This document shows positions 42,001-54,541 of a stretch of DNA of 64,000 bases, in pieces. Origin of the DNA: Hormiphora californensis. Taxonomy: Eukaryota; Animalia; Ctenophora. Numbering within the stretch: position 1 is the first letter of the stretch; the number at the start of each line of letters is the position of its first letter. Location of the stretch: assembly GCA_020137815.1 (NCBI GenBank), contig CM035359.1, positions 3,534,001 through 3,598,000 of the forward strand, in the 5' to 3' direction. The position numbers and the translations under genes are program-made. The notes below the pieces were generated by a model. That model made no database searches. It worked only from the letters and a program-made list of their open reading frames with translations, and was not told the origin of the DNA.

Positions 42001-45000
42001 TGGTGCACAAACATCAAACACAAAGTCTATACACTGGACAGAGACCACAATTTGACGGTGGTCATCCTGGCAAGTTATACGGGTACCATGACGAATATTT
42101 TCGTGTGCCAATGGCCGTTGTGTACCCTTTGAAAACGCCTGCGACCTCCAGGATCACTGTGGTGATGGATCCGATGAAAACCAGTGTGCCAACAACTTCC
42201 AGTGTACAGATGGCCGGAAATACCTTCCGTTGACACAAAAGTGTAATGGTAAAATCGAGTGTCACGACCTGTCGGATGAGTGTAATGAGGAGTGCTCCGT
42301 GAAACTGGTGCAGGGTAATCTGCTCGTGTGGGCTTGGGGCATAGGACTTGGTGGATGTATACTAAATGTATATTCCCTGTATAGGAGCATCCAACAGGTA
42401 TCAAATCCGGACATAAAAACATCCATCTTCATTCAACAAAGTATGATGCAGCTAATATGTCTGGGAGACTTGATGACCAGTGGTTACCTCCTTGCTATTT
42501 GCTTCTATTCCATGATCTGGGGTGAAAGATTTTGCAAGAAACGGTTGGACTGGTCCATTGGCTATCCCTGCAGATCCTGGGCATTATGATAACAACTGGA
42601 TCCTGCATTCTTCTGTATCCATGGCAACCCTTAGCGGATTCAGAGTCCACGGTACCCTGCAATCGGTGCATATGCAACGAAGCGAAGCAGTAGAGAAGAG
42701 AACAATGTGGTATATCCGCATTCTCATGGCAACATGTATCCTGGCATCTCTGATCATCAGCGTTGTTCCCTTACTACCATTTCTCGAGGATTCCTTCGTG
42801 AATGGCCTTTCATACAGTCGGAACATTGGCCTATTCCTAGGGCCTGTCTCCAAGAATCATCACATGGAGGTTGCTTTGGGATACTTCGGAAAATCATCTG
42901 GTAAGAAGGCTAGTAATCACCTCCACATGCCTTGGTCGACCATCAGGACATTAGTTACTGACCTCTTCTCCAAGGATGTTGGCGGTATCACTGGAACCAG
43001 GGTTTCTTTCTACGCAAGTCATCCCGTGTGCCAATTCAAATACTTTGTCACCCCCAACGACCCCCAGATCCTCTTTGTATGGTTCACCCTCGCCTTCCAC
43101 GCACTCTGCTTCATGACGGTTATAATGGCCCACCTGGTAATCGCTGTTTTAGTGTCACACCACAGCATGGACGCATCAAGCTCCAAAAACATGATTCTAC
43201 AGCGGAAAGTGTCCCTTATCGTCGTTACAGAGACAATGACGTGGGTTCCCTTCTTGACTTGTTGTATGTTGCACACAGGGCAGGTGGTGGACATGTCACC
43301 CTACTACCCCATCTTCTCCCTGGTCATCCTACCCCTCAACTCAGTCCTTAATCCCATCCTCTACAGCAAGTTGGGTACTGCGTTCATTAAATTCACCTTT
43401 CAGGTAAATGAGCGGGGGGGGGGGGGAGGGACGTCAAGTAAGCTATGAAAACTGAAAAGAGTCACCTAGTTCAGGTTGAAATGAAAAAGTTTGTCTAGTT
43501 CAGGTCAGTCATTTGAGAACCCGCCTGGTATTTCTGTTACTGAGAGCATGTCTGCTGTTGTCTCATATAAGCAGCTACGTGAGGCCGCGTAGCAGCCTCG
43601 CGTAGCGAGGAGGGTCTTACCCCAAAAGGTCTACTTGGATCTGAAACGCGCCGCACAAAGCAAATGCTAACGCCCGCCAACTCTTCTCTCTCTATAGTCT
43701 GAATGCGTCTCTTTCTTTTCCCACGGACCGTGGGAAAGTCGCGTGAGCCCTTTTTTAAAAGAACGAATGATTCCGAAGAGTTCAAACTGTGTTTAACGCG
43801 CCGCGTTTAATCTTTGCGTGTGATAAAGCAGGGTCTGGGGTCTGACTGTGCATCGAGGTTGTGCGATGTACAGTCAGTGTCTGACAAGTCTGCTGGTGTT
43901 CGTATTGTGATATTTGTTCACCCTTACTTCAGGTGGAGGATCGGTTGGGAGAGTTCTTCCGGAGAAGATCATCAAGCCAAGCGGGAGAGGGCCAGAGTGA
44001 AGTGATCGAGATGAATGTGATTGAGCATGGAAGGGAGTTGGATAGCACACATACTACTGTGGACGCTTCAAGCGTAACAATTGGCTCATGATCACCCGAT
44101 CATATTTCGATTGAACATAACATTGAATAACAACTATACCGAGTATCATTCTTCGTTCTACTACTGAATATTGTAGCGAGTTGTCATTAATAATGACATA
44201 ATGACTCAGTATGTCCTTATTGTTTGAAGCAATTTTCATCTCGCTGTTTCACGCTTTTATGTCAAACTTTTCGTTAAATTACAATTAAGTTCTTACAGTC
44301 GATTTACTGGACCTCGATTTACCTAAACCGACTTTAACAGATGATTAATCATTTCCGCCAATTTAGGAAATGAACTATATAATTTAACCTCGATAGATTG
44401 AAGATTGAAGATTGCAATAATATGGTTTATTGGATATAGTATGGCATTTATGAACAAATGGGTGGGTCGTCAACAGCTCATATTCTTGAGGCGCATCTGG
44501 TGGGTGCGCTAGTCATTAATATTGACGAAAAAAGAACTAAATAGCTTCCCCCGAAGATTGCGGTTGATCGGGGTCCGACTGTATTAATGACGTACATATT
44601 GCATATTATTAATAAGAACTACCTTTTGATCTCTTGTCCACATTCTGATATCAGCGGTAGGGTCAACACCCCTCAGTTGTGTTACACTCACATGGGTGCA
44701 TACAAGCATGAGTATACAGCTGACTGTATTGGCATTTGTCTGAGCTTCATTTCATGTGTACAAATGTAGAATTGGTTAGAACTGGGCTATCTTGTTAATC
44801 GATGTTAATGATGCTAATGATGTTAATTAAAGTGGTGAAGGGTTAATAACAAAAACAAATTATCATGTCTACCCCCCCTGGCCCTCCGATCAGCTACATG
44901 TTAGAATTCATTTTATCACCATTGTATCTTTCTCTCTTATCTGAACTATATACTGTAAACGTTGATATTTCCGCGGGTGACGATTTTCGCGGATTCATGA

Positions 45001-48000
45001 TTTTTGACATGTTTCACGATGAGAATTTTCGCGGATCTCTCTCTCTCTTCCCGAAACTGTTGTTTAAAAACTAATCTCCCAAAAAAGTTTCACGGTCAAA
45101 AATTTTACGGTTTTTCAATCCCGAAAAAAAATGCGAAAATAAATGAAGAGCAACAATAACAACGTTTACAGTAGCACCTAATAAGCATCGGCAAAGACCA
45201 AAAAACATGCAGGATAAGATACATGTTAGAATCAATTTTCCATTATATTTTTCTCTTTCTCAGATCTTATGAGAACTATATAGCACCCAATAAGCATCAA
45301 TCAAGATTAGCGTCAGCCAGTCTGCCATCTCAATTCATCATGAAGCCTAGTATGCTAGTTTCCATCACTACAGTGTACGTGTGCTTGTACGTGTGCTTGT
45401 ACGTGTGCTTATTTGCATATGATCTAGTGGAATTCCACAGAACCGAGCAAGTGAGTATAAATATTGCACAAAATTATCCATTAGACGATATGCCTATCCT
45501 GTATTCTGTAAGCTATCTCTATTATAATTTGGAGATGAACGTCGTGATGGCCGTTCGTTCAGCGGTATCTAAGCGACAGACTGCTCCTTCATAAAACACT
45601 TCATGTACCCAAAGCTGTAAAGCTGTTGCTCACACTTTTGGAACTTCCAGTGGAAGTTTGGTAATATTTTCAAATGACTTTTAACATGCCAGTCCCCATA
45701 GTTACCACTCCAGTTGCCATGGCAACCGTGTTATTGACGTTGAAAGGGGCTAAAAGAACCACACGGCGAAGCCGGGTGGGTTATCAAAAAGCCCTTACTT
45801 GAGGCGCACCCAATGGGTGCGCTATCTCTATTATAATTTGGAGATGAACGTCGAAGTGGTCGTTCGTTCAGCGGTATCTAAGCGACAGACTGCTCCTTCA
45901 TAAAACACTTTATGTGCCCAAAGCTGTAAAGCTGCCATTTACACTTTTGGAACTTCCAGTGGAAGTTTGTTAATATTTTCGAATGAATTTCAACAATTCA
46001 GTCCCCATAGTTATCAATTCAGTTGCCATGGCAACCGTGTTATTGGCGTGGAAAGGGGCGAAAAGAACCACCCGGCGAAGCCGGGTGGGTTGTCTTAAAG
46101 TCCTTACTTGAGGCGCACCCAATGGGTGCGCTAGTCTCTATTATAATTTGGAGATGAACGTCGTGATGGCCGTTCGTTCAGTGCGTTTCTACGCGACAGA
46201 CTGCTCCTTCATAAAATACTTCATGTGCCCAAAGCTGTAAAGCTGTTGCTCACACTTTTAGAACTTCCAGTGGAAGTTTGAAAATGTTTTTGAATGAGTT
46301 TTAACATGCCAGTCCCTATAGTTAACAATTCAGTTGCCATGACAACCGTGTTGACGTTGAAAGGGCGAAAAGAACCACCCGGCGAAGCTGGGTGGGTTAT
46401 CAAAAGGCCTTACTTGAGGCGCACCCAATGGGTGCGCTAGTATAATATATATTGAAAATCCATCCTGATCAGGAACCGACCCAATCAGAAAATACTGGTC
46501 CCTGATTGGCTGATAACCAGTCACGTGACCTAAATAACGAGTTCTGATCAGAACTCGTTATTTAGGTCACGTGACTGGTTATCGATTGGTTGTTTACTTG
46601 TGTCGGTCGGTTCCTGCTGCTGATGCCAAGCCTAGCTGCCACAGCACTCGAAGAGGTCTGCGTGAGTGTGAGACCAACGTGGCTTCTCTTCGCTTTGTCT
46701 CCCTTTTTAGCTCAAATGCTTGAGTTCGTTGTTCTTTTCTCAGTCTCGTTTATAGGTACTAGTAAACCCGTTCGCCCTACGGGCGAATTTCGCGGAAACT
46801 GTAGCTGGATTAGGAAACGCTGACATCACCAGTCGAACTGTTGACATGTACTATCCCTACTTGTTGAGTAAGGGGGATCCCTTACTCAACAAACCCCTGG
46901 CCCTACCGCGGTAACGTAAGAGGAGCTCAGGCAGGATCGCTGCGAGTTTTAGAACGTCAGAAGATGATCAGGCGATCAAAGCGATAAAAATAGTAGGGCA
47001 ACCATTCCGGCCCACTAATTTCAATTAGTTTTGGTATAATGATGTATACCATATATAACATGATTCAAGCTGAGAGGTCAGAGGAAATAATTTCTTCCGT
47101 TTTTCTGACTTTTATTTTGTTTCTACACCCGTTCGGCCCGAATTCTACAAACGTAAAGGAGGGTTAGCGAATATAACAAACCCATTAATTATGCCTGAAT
47201 GTTGGGATTCTATAACAGCAGTAATTCTATAATGTGTTATACTTTCAGGAGAAAGCCCCACTGATTGGAAATGCATATCTCTGGAGTGTCAAAATATCAA
47301 GGTGAATCAGTTGAAAATTTTCCTAATAATAATATGTAGTGGCTAAAAACTAACATGAGTTTTTACAGGCTTTCATTGAATCTCCGTGTAACGTGCCCTA
47401 CTGGAAACAAGACGTTGATTTCTACTGGGTACCCCATTCACATCGCACATCCTACATCTTGGACTTCAACCTCACCTGTGCATCTCCCCTAATCAAGGAC
47501 ACGGTGGCATCCATGCCCATCGGAGGAGGACTGTTCGGTATTTTCTTGGGAGGATTAAGGGTACACCTGGCGTTTTTCATCATCGAGTGCCCAACCAAAT
47601 GACTTCACCAGGGTTTAGGCCATACAAAATGGACCTCAAATATGCAATTTTAGCCCTAAAGTCGAATTCATATTTTTGCTACAGCCTATTTTCAAAGTGG
47701 CGTTTTTTCAATTTTTGTTGAAATTTTTAACCTCAGGACCACTTTTTTTGAGATAGAAACATTAAATTCTTGGAATTTGAAGAGAATATAAAGGTGAATA
47801 AGCCCAAAGAAGGATTTTTGAAATGGAGCTTATTTCTGGCCATGAGAACGGTTTACTTTTTTGCTTCTTTGATACGCTGGCTGAGAATGTTCCCATGCTT
47901 CATTAGAGATGAAAATCTGGAAATAGTTGCTCAAAACGATTATCTATGTGGCCCAAAAATTTTGGAACTTTCCCGCCAAAGATGTGGTGTACAGAGCTTT

Positions 48001-51000
48001 TTTTGTGAAACCTGTCTTTTTGAAAAAGAGGGAAATTCCCTGTATCTCAAAAACGGATGATCATAGAGACCTGGGACCAAGCTTAATCGATTCAGAAGGT
48101 CCGATTTTGGGGGGGTCTTCTGAGAGACATTTTGCTCCTACTCCAACTGATTTTGCTGTAATTGCAAAAAACTAATTCTATGAAAAGGGGAAACAACTCT
48201 ATTCCAGTAGCCTGCTTCGGGCTGATTTCCCTCTTACTTGCTGATACCTTTTTCGCAATTACAGCAAAAACGGTTGGAGTAGGAGCAAAATGTCTCTCAG
48301 AAGACCCCCCCAAAATCGGACCTTCTGAATCGATTAAGCTTGGTCCCAGGTCTCTACGATTATCCGTTTTTGAGATACAGGGAATTTCCCTCTTTTTCAA
48401 AAAGACAGGTTTCACAAAAAAAGCTCTGTACACCACATCTTTGGCGGGAAAGTTCCAAAATTTTTGGGCCACATAGATAATCGTTTTGAGCAACTATTTC
48501 CAGATTTTCATCTCTAATGAAGCATGGGAACATTCTCAGCCAGCGTGTCAAAGAAGCAAAAAAGTAAACCGTTCTCATGGCCAGAAATAAGCTCCATTTC
48601 AAAAATCCTTCTTTGGGCTTATTCACCTTTATATTCTCTTCAAATTCCAAGAATTTAATGTTTCTATCTCAAAAAAAGTGGTCCTGAGGTTAAAAATTTC
48701 AACAAAAATTGAAAAAACGCCACTTTGAAAATAGGCTGTAGCAAAAATATGAATTCGACTTTAGGGCTAAAATTGCATATTTGAGGTCCATTTTGTATGG
48801 CCTAAACCCTGGTGAAGTCATTTGGTTGGGCACTCGATGATGAAAAACGCCAGGTGTACCCTTAATGTATGACTTGTTCGGGGTCAAGAAGACTGTGCTT
48901 TGTGGGAGCGCTGTTGTTTTATTGTCCAGTTTTGGGGGAGTGTTTTGCGATGGTTACCCGCTACTGTTAGCAGTTAGATTTGGCCAGGGCTTTGGGCTTT
49001 ATCTGGAAATTATGGGAATATATGTCCTCACATCTGACCTGATCCCCTCAAGGTAACATAAATGATTACTTCCTTTTGTAAATGAATGGGGATGAATTTA
49101 CTTTCTGCCATTTGCCGTGTAGAAATATGATGATCTCAAAAGGGCTAAACCAATGAGTATTTTATTTTCAGGTTTAGAGAAGCCACAATAGCCATGAGTA
49201 TTTTATTTTCAGGTTCAGAGAAGCCACCATAGCCACAGGAATGACAATGGCGTCGGCTGGCATAGTGCCACTTGTTGCCAAGAGTCTCGTTTCTGACTGG
49301 AGAAAATCCTACTACGCGACCATCATCTATTGTTTGGTATTCAACCTACCCGTCGTACTCCTGCCTGAGTCCCCACGGTCTGACATAATCATGGGGAAGG
49401 TGGCCCAGGCTGAGGCTTCTTTCCGGAGGATTGCACAAATTAACAAGACAGAGTGGAAGGGGTTCGACAGTGAACCGGAAAGTAGTCAAGGGAGGGTTTC
49501 GGAAAACGAGCAAAAGAAAGTTAGCATCAAGGATCAAATGATAACTTTTGTTTTACATAAAATCCTTTTCCTGGAAACACTTGCTCAGATAATATTGTGG
49601 TGTGTTATCTACTTGTGTTATTATGGGATCAACTATGCGTGGGATAAGATCGTTCCAGTCGCTTCTAGTGGGTATTTCTTATCGATGGCCGTCCAAATTG
49701 CTGCAAATATCACATTCGTGCCTGCCATGAGGGTCTTAGGTAGACGGCGATACATGACATGGTCTTTCGTCATTGCTTCCATGCTCCTCGCCATTGGAGG
49801 AGCAACAAGCGCTGTCCAACTGGGAACCAATGGATGGACAGTTGCGAGCATTGCAAGTATTTTGGCACAATTCTTTGTCTCTGGTGTCTACACTGGACTA
49901 ATATTGTGGAATGTAGAGCTACCGCCCTGTACACACACTGGAACAGTCATTGGTCTGTGCTCCTCCTCGTCCAAGATCTTTGGTTTGGCGTGCCCCTTTC
50001 TATTCGGCAGCTTGGTGGATGCTACCGGGGGCTTCGTCGCTTCATTTTCAATCATGGTTGGTCTATGTTTGGTGGGGGCAGTGTGTTCCTATCTCCTGCC
50101 GGAAACCCTGGGGCAGCCTATCGCTAGTTCACCCGAAGAAGTGAAGCAACGGAGGCTCCTTGGCAACCGATACCATGGTAACCATGGCAACAAGATTCTA
50201 CCGCTGGATAACACTCCCTTGGCTGTGGAGGATATGTGAAGTCGCACACCGATTTACTGAGAATAGCAGGGGGGGATCAACACTTAACTGCATGACACTC
50301 ATGCCGATAACTGCCAAATTTTCAAAAATTTTTTGACACCCACCACCCCCCACATATTTTGCACTTAAGTGCCAAATTTAACTGCCGCCACATCTGAAAA
50401 TGTAGACCCACCCCCCAAATCTAGCTAAAAGGGAGCTAAAAATAGCACGAAAGACACGGAGAGACTTATATATTGTGTCTAAAATCAACTGCCATCAACT
50501 AAGAACAACACAGACCAGTTTAGGTAACGGATCCGAATTCCGAATTGGTTAGTATGAGACACTTAGAGTGGCATGCGTAAAAAATGTTCGCCACACACAT
50601 GTGATAGGTGCACAAAAAATAACGAGCGCGCGAAAAAGGGGGTTGAAAACTTCAAAAAATCGGCCATTAAGAGCAGTTATTTAAATTTTCACCATATAAA
50701 CACCCCTAGACCCCCTATTTTTAGGCAGTTAAGTGTAAAACTTAACTGCCGGACCCCTCGTACACCCACCCACCCTAACTGGCATGAGTGTCATGCAGTT
50801 AATTGTTGATCCCCCCCCCGAGAATAGTAGTAACTTGTGAGAGCCATGTTCAAAATATCAAAAACGCTGTTTGATACTATATAACTGCAGAATGCAGTGC
50901 AGGAAGGATTAGCTCAAGGATCTAATGTAACATGACAATAAAGGTAAAGACCCATACAATGTATAGGTAGGTCGATACAGAAACATAAGACCTTAGTGAA

Positions 51001-54000
51001 GGTTCGATAACCAGGTTGCCCAATTTGGCTAAGTGAATACGTAAGACCATGGCCGAAGATTGTTGATGCTCCGAGCAATGTAATAAAAGTACTCCGTATT
51101 GTCAATGTAAAAACGATTGTAACTTACTGTGATTGTAAATATGTATCAGTCAGAAAGTCGAGAAGAAGAAGAAGTGGTCGAGAGAGAGAGATATATTTGT
51201 AAAAGCACAAGATCATATCTATTTATTTTAAAAATCTCTACAAAGCGTAAGAAGTCGAAAATTGCTTAAATTTTACAGTTTTTGCTGTTTCACGCAAAAA
51301 GGACAAGGTGAATGATTGTCAAAAATTCGTAACCTAGGTCGGGTCAACAAAAAGTAAATTTAGTCGAGGTTCCACGAGGTATACACCGTTCTGTGTGAGT
51401 CTAATTTGGTTAGCTTGGTAATTAGAAGTAGGCTTAGCTTTGGGGGAAAGGATTTCAAAATGAAGATTTGTGTACCTGGTAATATACTGTGAAGGTAACA
51501 CTTCCACCAACCATTGACAGGACGGTCACTAAACATTAGAATTTCTGGAACTTTCTCTGAAGAAAATCAAACACGTTAAATTTCAATTATATGGTTATCT
51601 GTCTGTCTGTTTGTTTGTCTGTCTGTCTGTCTGTTTATCTGTCTTTTTGTTTGTCTGTGTGTCTGTCTGTCTGTGTGTCTGTCAGTGTGTCTGTCTGTAT
51701 ATTTGTCTGTCAGTGCGTCTGTCCGTCCGTCTGTATATTTGTCTGTCTGTCTGTATATTTGTCTGTCTGTCAGTCTGTCTGTCTGTCTGTTTGTCTGTCT
51801 GTGGTGGGAGAAATGGCTCACCCTAGAACAATTGCAAGTTAATAGCAAAAATGCATAATAACCTGTAAATCACTTGTAATTCGAAGTTCAAACTAGTTTT
51901 GAAATAGTTTTGAAATTTTTTTAGAAAAATTTTAGTTTTGAAATAGTTTTGAAATAGCTTTTGAAATAGCTTTTGAAATAGCTTTTGAAATAGCTTTTGA
52001 AATAGCTTTTGAAATAGCTTTTGAAATGGCTTTGGACGGGTGGTAGAAATGGCTCATGTGGCTCATCTGGCAGCTGCACGATCATTATGAATACAAGGAC
52101 ATTCATATAAAAGCGAAAACCAGTGTACCCGACTAATTTTAATACGCTGAATCACGTGAGCAACTCTGGCAAGCGCTCAGATGTGAAGAAAGTGCACTAA
52201 TTGAGCATAATTGGGTATAATTGACCGGACTTACAACTTTTCTCCTGAAAACGCTAGAAGTTAATGTGAGGGCACTTTTCCGACTAACTTTGATACGCTG
52301 ATTCACGTAAGCAACTTTTCCAAGCCCTAAGAGGCGGGGAAATTGCCCTAATTGAGTCTGATTGGGTCTAATTGACCATAATTGCTCAATTAGGGCACTT
52401 TCTTCACCTCTGAGGGCTTGGAAAAGTTTTTTACGTGATTCAGCGTATCAAAGTTAGTCGGAAAAGTGCCCTCACATTAACTTTTAGCGTTTCCAGGAGA
52501 AAAGTTGTAAGTCCGGTCAATTACACCCAATTATGCTCAATTAGGGCACTTTCTTCACATCTGAGCGCTTGCCAGAGTTGCTCACGTGATTCAGCGTATC
52601 AAAGTTAGTCGGAAAAGTGCCCTCACATTAACTTCTAGCGTTTTCAGGAGAAAAGTTGTAAGTCCGGTCAATTACACCCAATTATGCTCAATTAGGGCAC
52701 TTTCTTCACATCTGAGCGCTTGCCAGAGTTGCTCACGTGATTCAGCGTATTAAAATTAGTCGGGTACACTGGTTTTCGCTTTTATATGAAGTAGCTTTTG
52801 AAATAGCTTTTGAAATAGCTTTTGAAATAGCTTTTGAAATGGCTTTTGAAATGGCTTTGGACGGGTGGTAGAAATGGCTCATGTGGCTCATCTGGCAGCT
52901 GCACGATCATTATGAACACAAGCCTTGTGTCACAAGGACATTCATATAAAAGCGAAAACCAGTCTACCCGACTAATTTTAGTACGCTGAATCACGTGAGC
53001 AACTCTGGCAAGCGCTCAGATGTGAAGAAAGTGCCCTAATTGAGCATAATTGGATGTAATTGACCGGACTTACAACTTTTCTCCTGGAAACGCTAGAAGT
53101 TAATGTGAGGGCACTTTTCCAACTAACTTTGATACGCTGAATCACGTACAAAACTTTTCCAAGCCCTCAGAGGTGAAGAAAGTGCCCTAATTGAGCAATT
53201 ATGGTCAATTAGACCCAATCAGACTCAATTAGGGCAATTTCCCCGCCTCTTAGGGCTTGGAAAAGTTGCTTACGTGAATCAGCGTATCAAAGTTAGTCGG
53301 AAAAGTGCCCTCACATTAACTTCTAGCGTTTTCAGGAGAAAAGTTGTAAGTCCGGTCAATTACACCCAATTATGCTCAATTAGGGCACTTTCTTCACATC
53401 TGAGCGCTTGCCAGAGTTGCTCACGTGATTCAGCGTATTAAAATTAGTCGGGTACACTGTTTTTCGCTTTTATATGAATGTCCTTGTGTTCATAATAATC
53501 GTGCAGCTGCCAGATGAGCCACATGAGCCATTTCTACCACCCGTCCAAAGCCATTTCAAAAGCTATTTCAAAAGCTATTTCAAAAGCTATTTCAAAAGCT
53601 ATTTCAAAAGCTATTTCAAAAGCTATTTCAAAAGCTATTTCAAAACTATTTCAAAAGCTATTTCAAAACTATTTCAAAAGCTATTTTAAAACTAAAATTT
53701 TTCTAAAAAAATTTCAAAACTATTTCAAAACTAGTTTGAACTTCGAATTACATGTGATTTACAGGTTATTATGCATTTTTGCTATTAACTTGCAATTGTT
53801 CTAGGGTGAGCCATTTCTCCCACCACAGTCTGTCACTCTCCCCCAACCAACCTGCTATAGTTACATCGATCTCTGCTGAATCTGTTCCGTATCCATTGGC
53901 AACAACACAGGTATACCGGCCAGTTGTCTGAACAGCACTGATTTCCAGAGTTCGACCTCCGTTACTCAGATTGTATATCCCACCTGAAGGGATGAACATT

Positions 54001-54490
54001 TTAAACAGCACACGTAATTACAGTCGGACCTCGATTTACCGTGCAAAACACTTCCCCCGAGCATCCCGGTAAATCGGGGTCCGACTGTATCAGTTGAAAT
54101 ATCGATACATAAGCCATGTTACGAGTAAATTTATATAGTATAACAGTAGCTCATGTTGCGGCAGTATCATGATACATGTGTGTTTATTTAATCCTAATTC
54201 TCTCGTGCTCACCGGTTCTATGGTGTAATGGTTAGCACCTTGGACTTTGAATCCAAAGATCCGAGTTCGAGTCTCGGTAGAACCTCTTTTGCACTTTTTT
54301 GAACCTCTTTTGCACTTTTTAGAACCTCTTTTGCACTTTTTTAGAAAAACAGTTCATAATGAATTCCTAACAATTAACACATGCACGGATGGATCCTGGC
54401 CAAGTAGGAACTAGGAAGCAAAACTAAAAATATTTTCTTGCTCTTACTCATTTCTCCTTTTCTCTCTCTCTCTCTCACTCTCTCTCTCAC

Positions 54491-54541
<51 letters not shown>

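Noticed and set aside
44620-45594. Possible extra exons or the missing MFS first exon
   Set aside because: No convincing phase-compatible exon or TM1-like sequence was found.
47770-48650. Mirror-image ORF pairs (also 35707-36509 and 51921-53689)
   Set aside because: They arise from palindrome arms and show no transposase motifs.
47559-48861. Introner (self-creating intron) interpretation of the exonic element
   Set aside because: The terminal GT/AG pair I can find yields an in-frame stop; no frame-restoring splice was seen.
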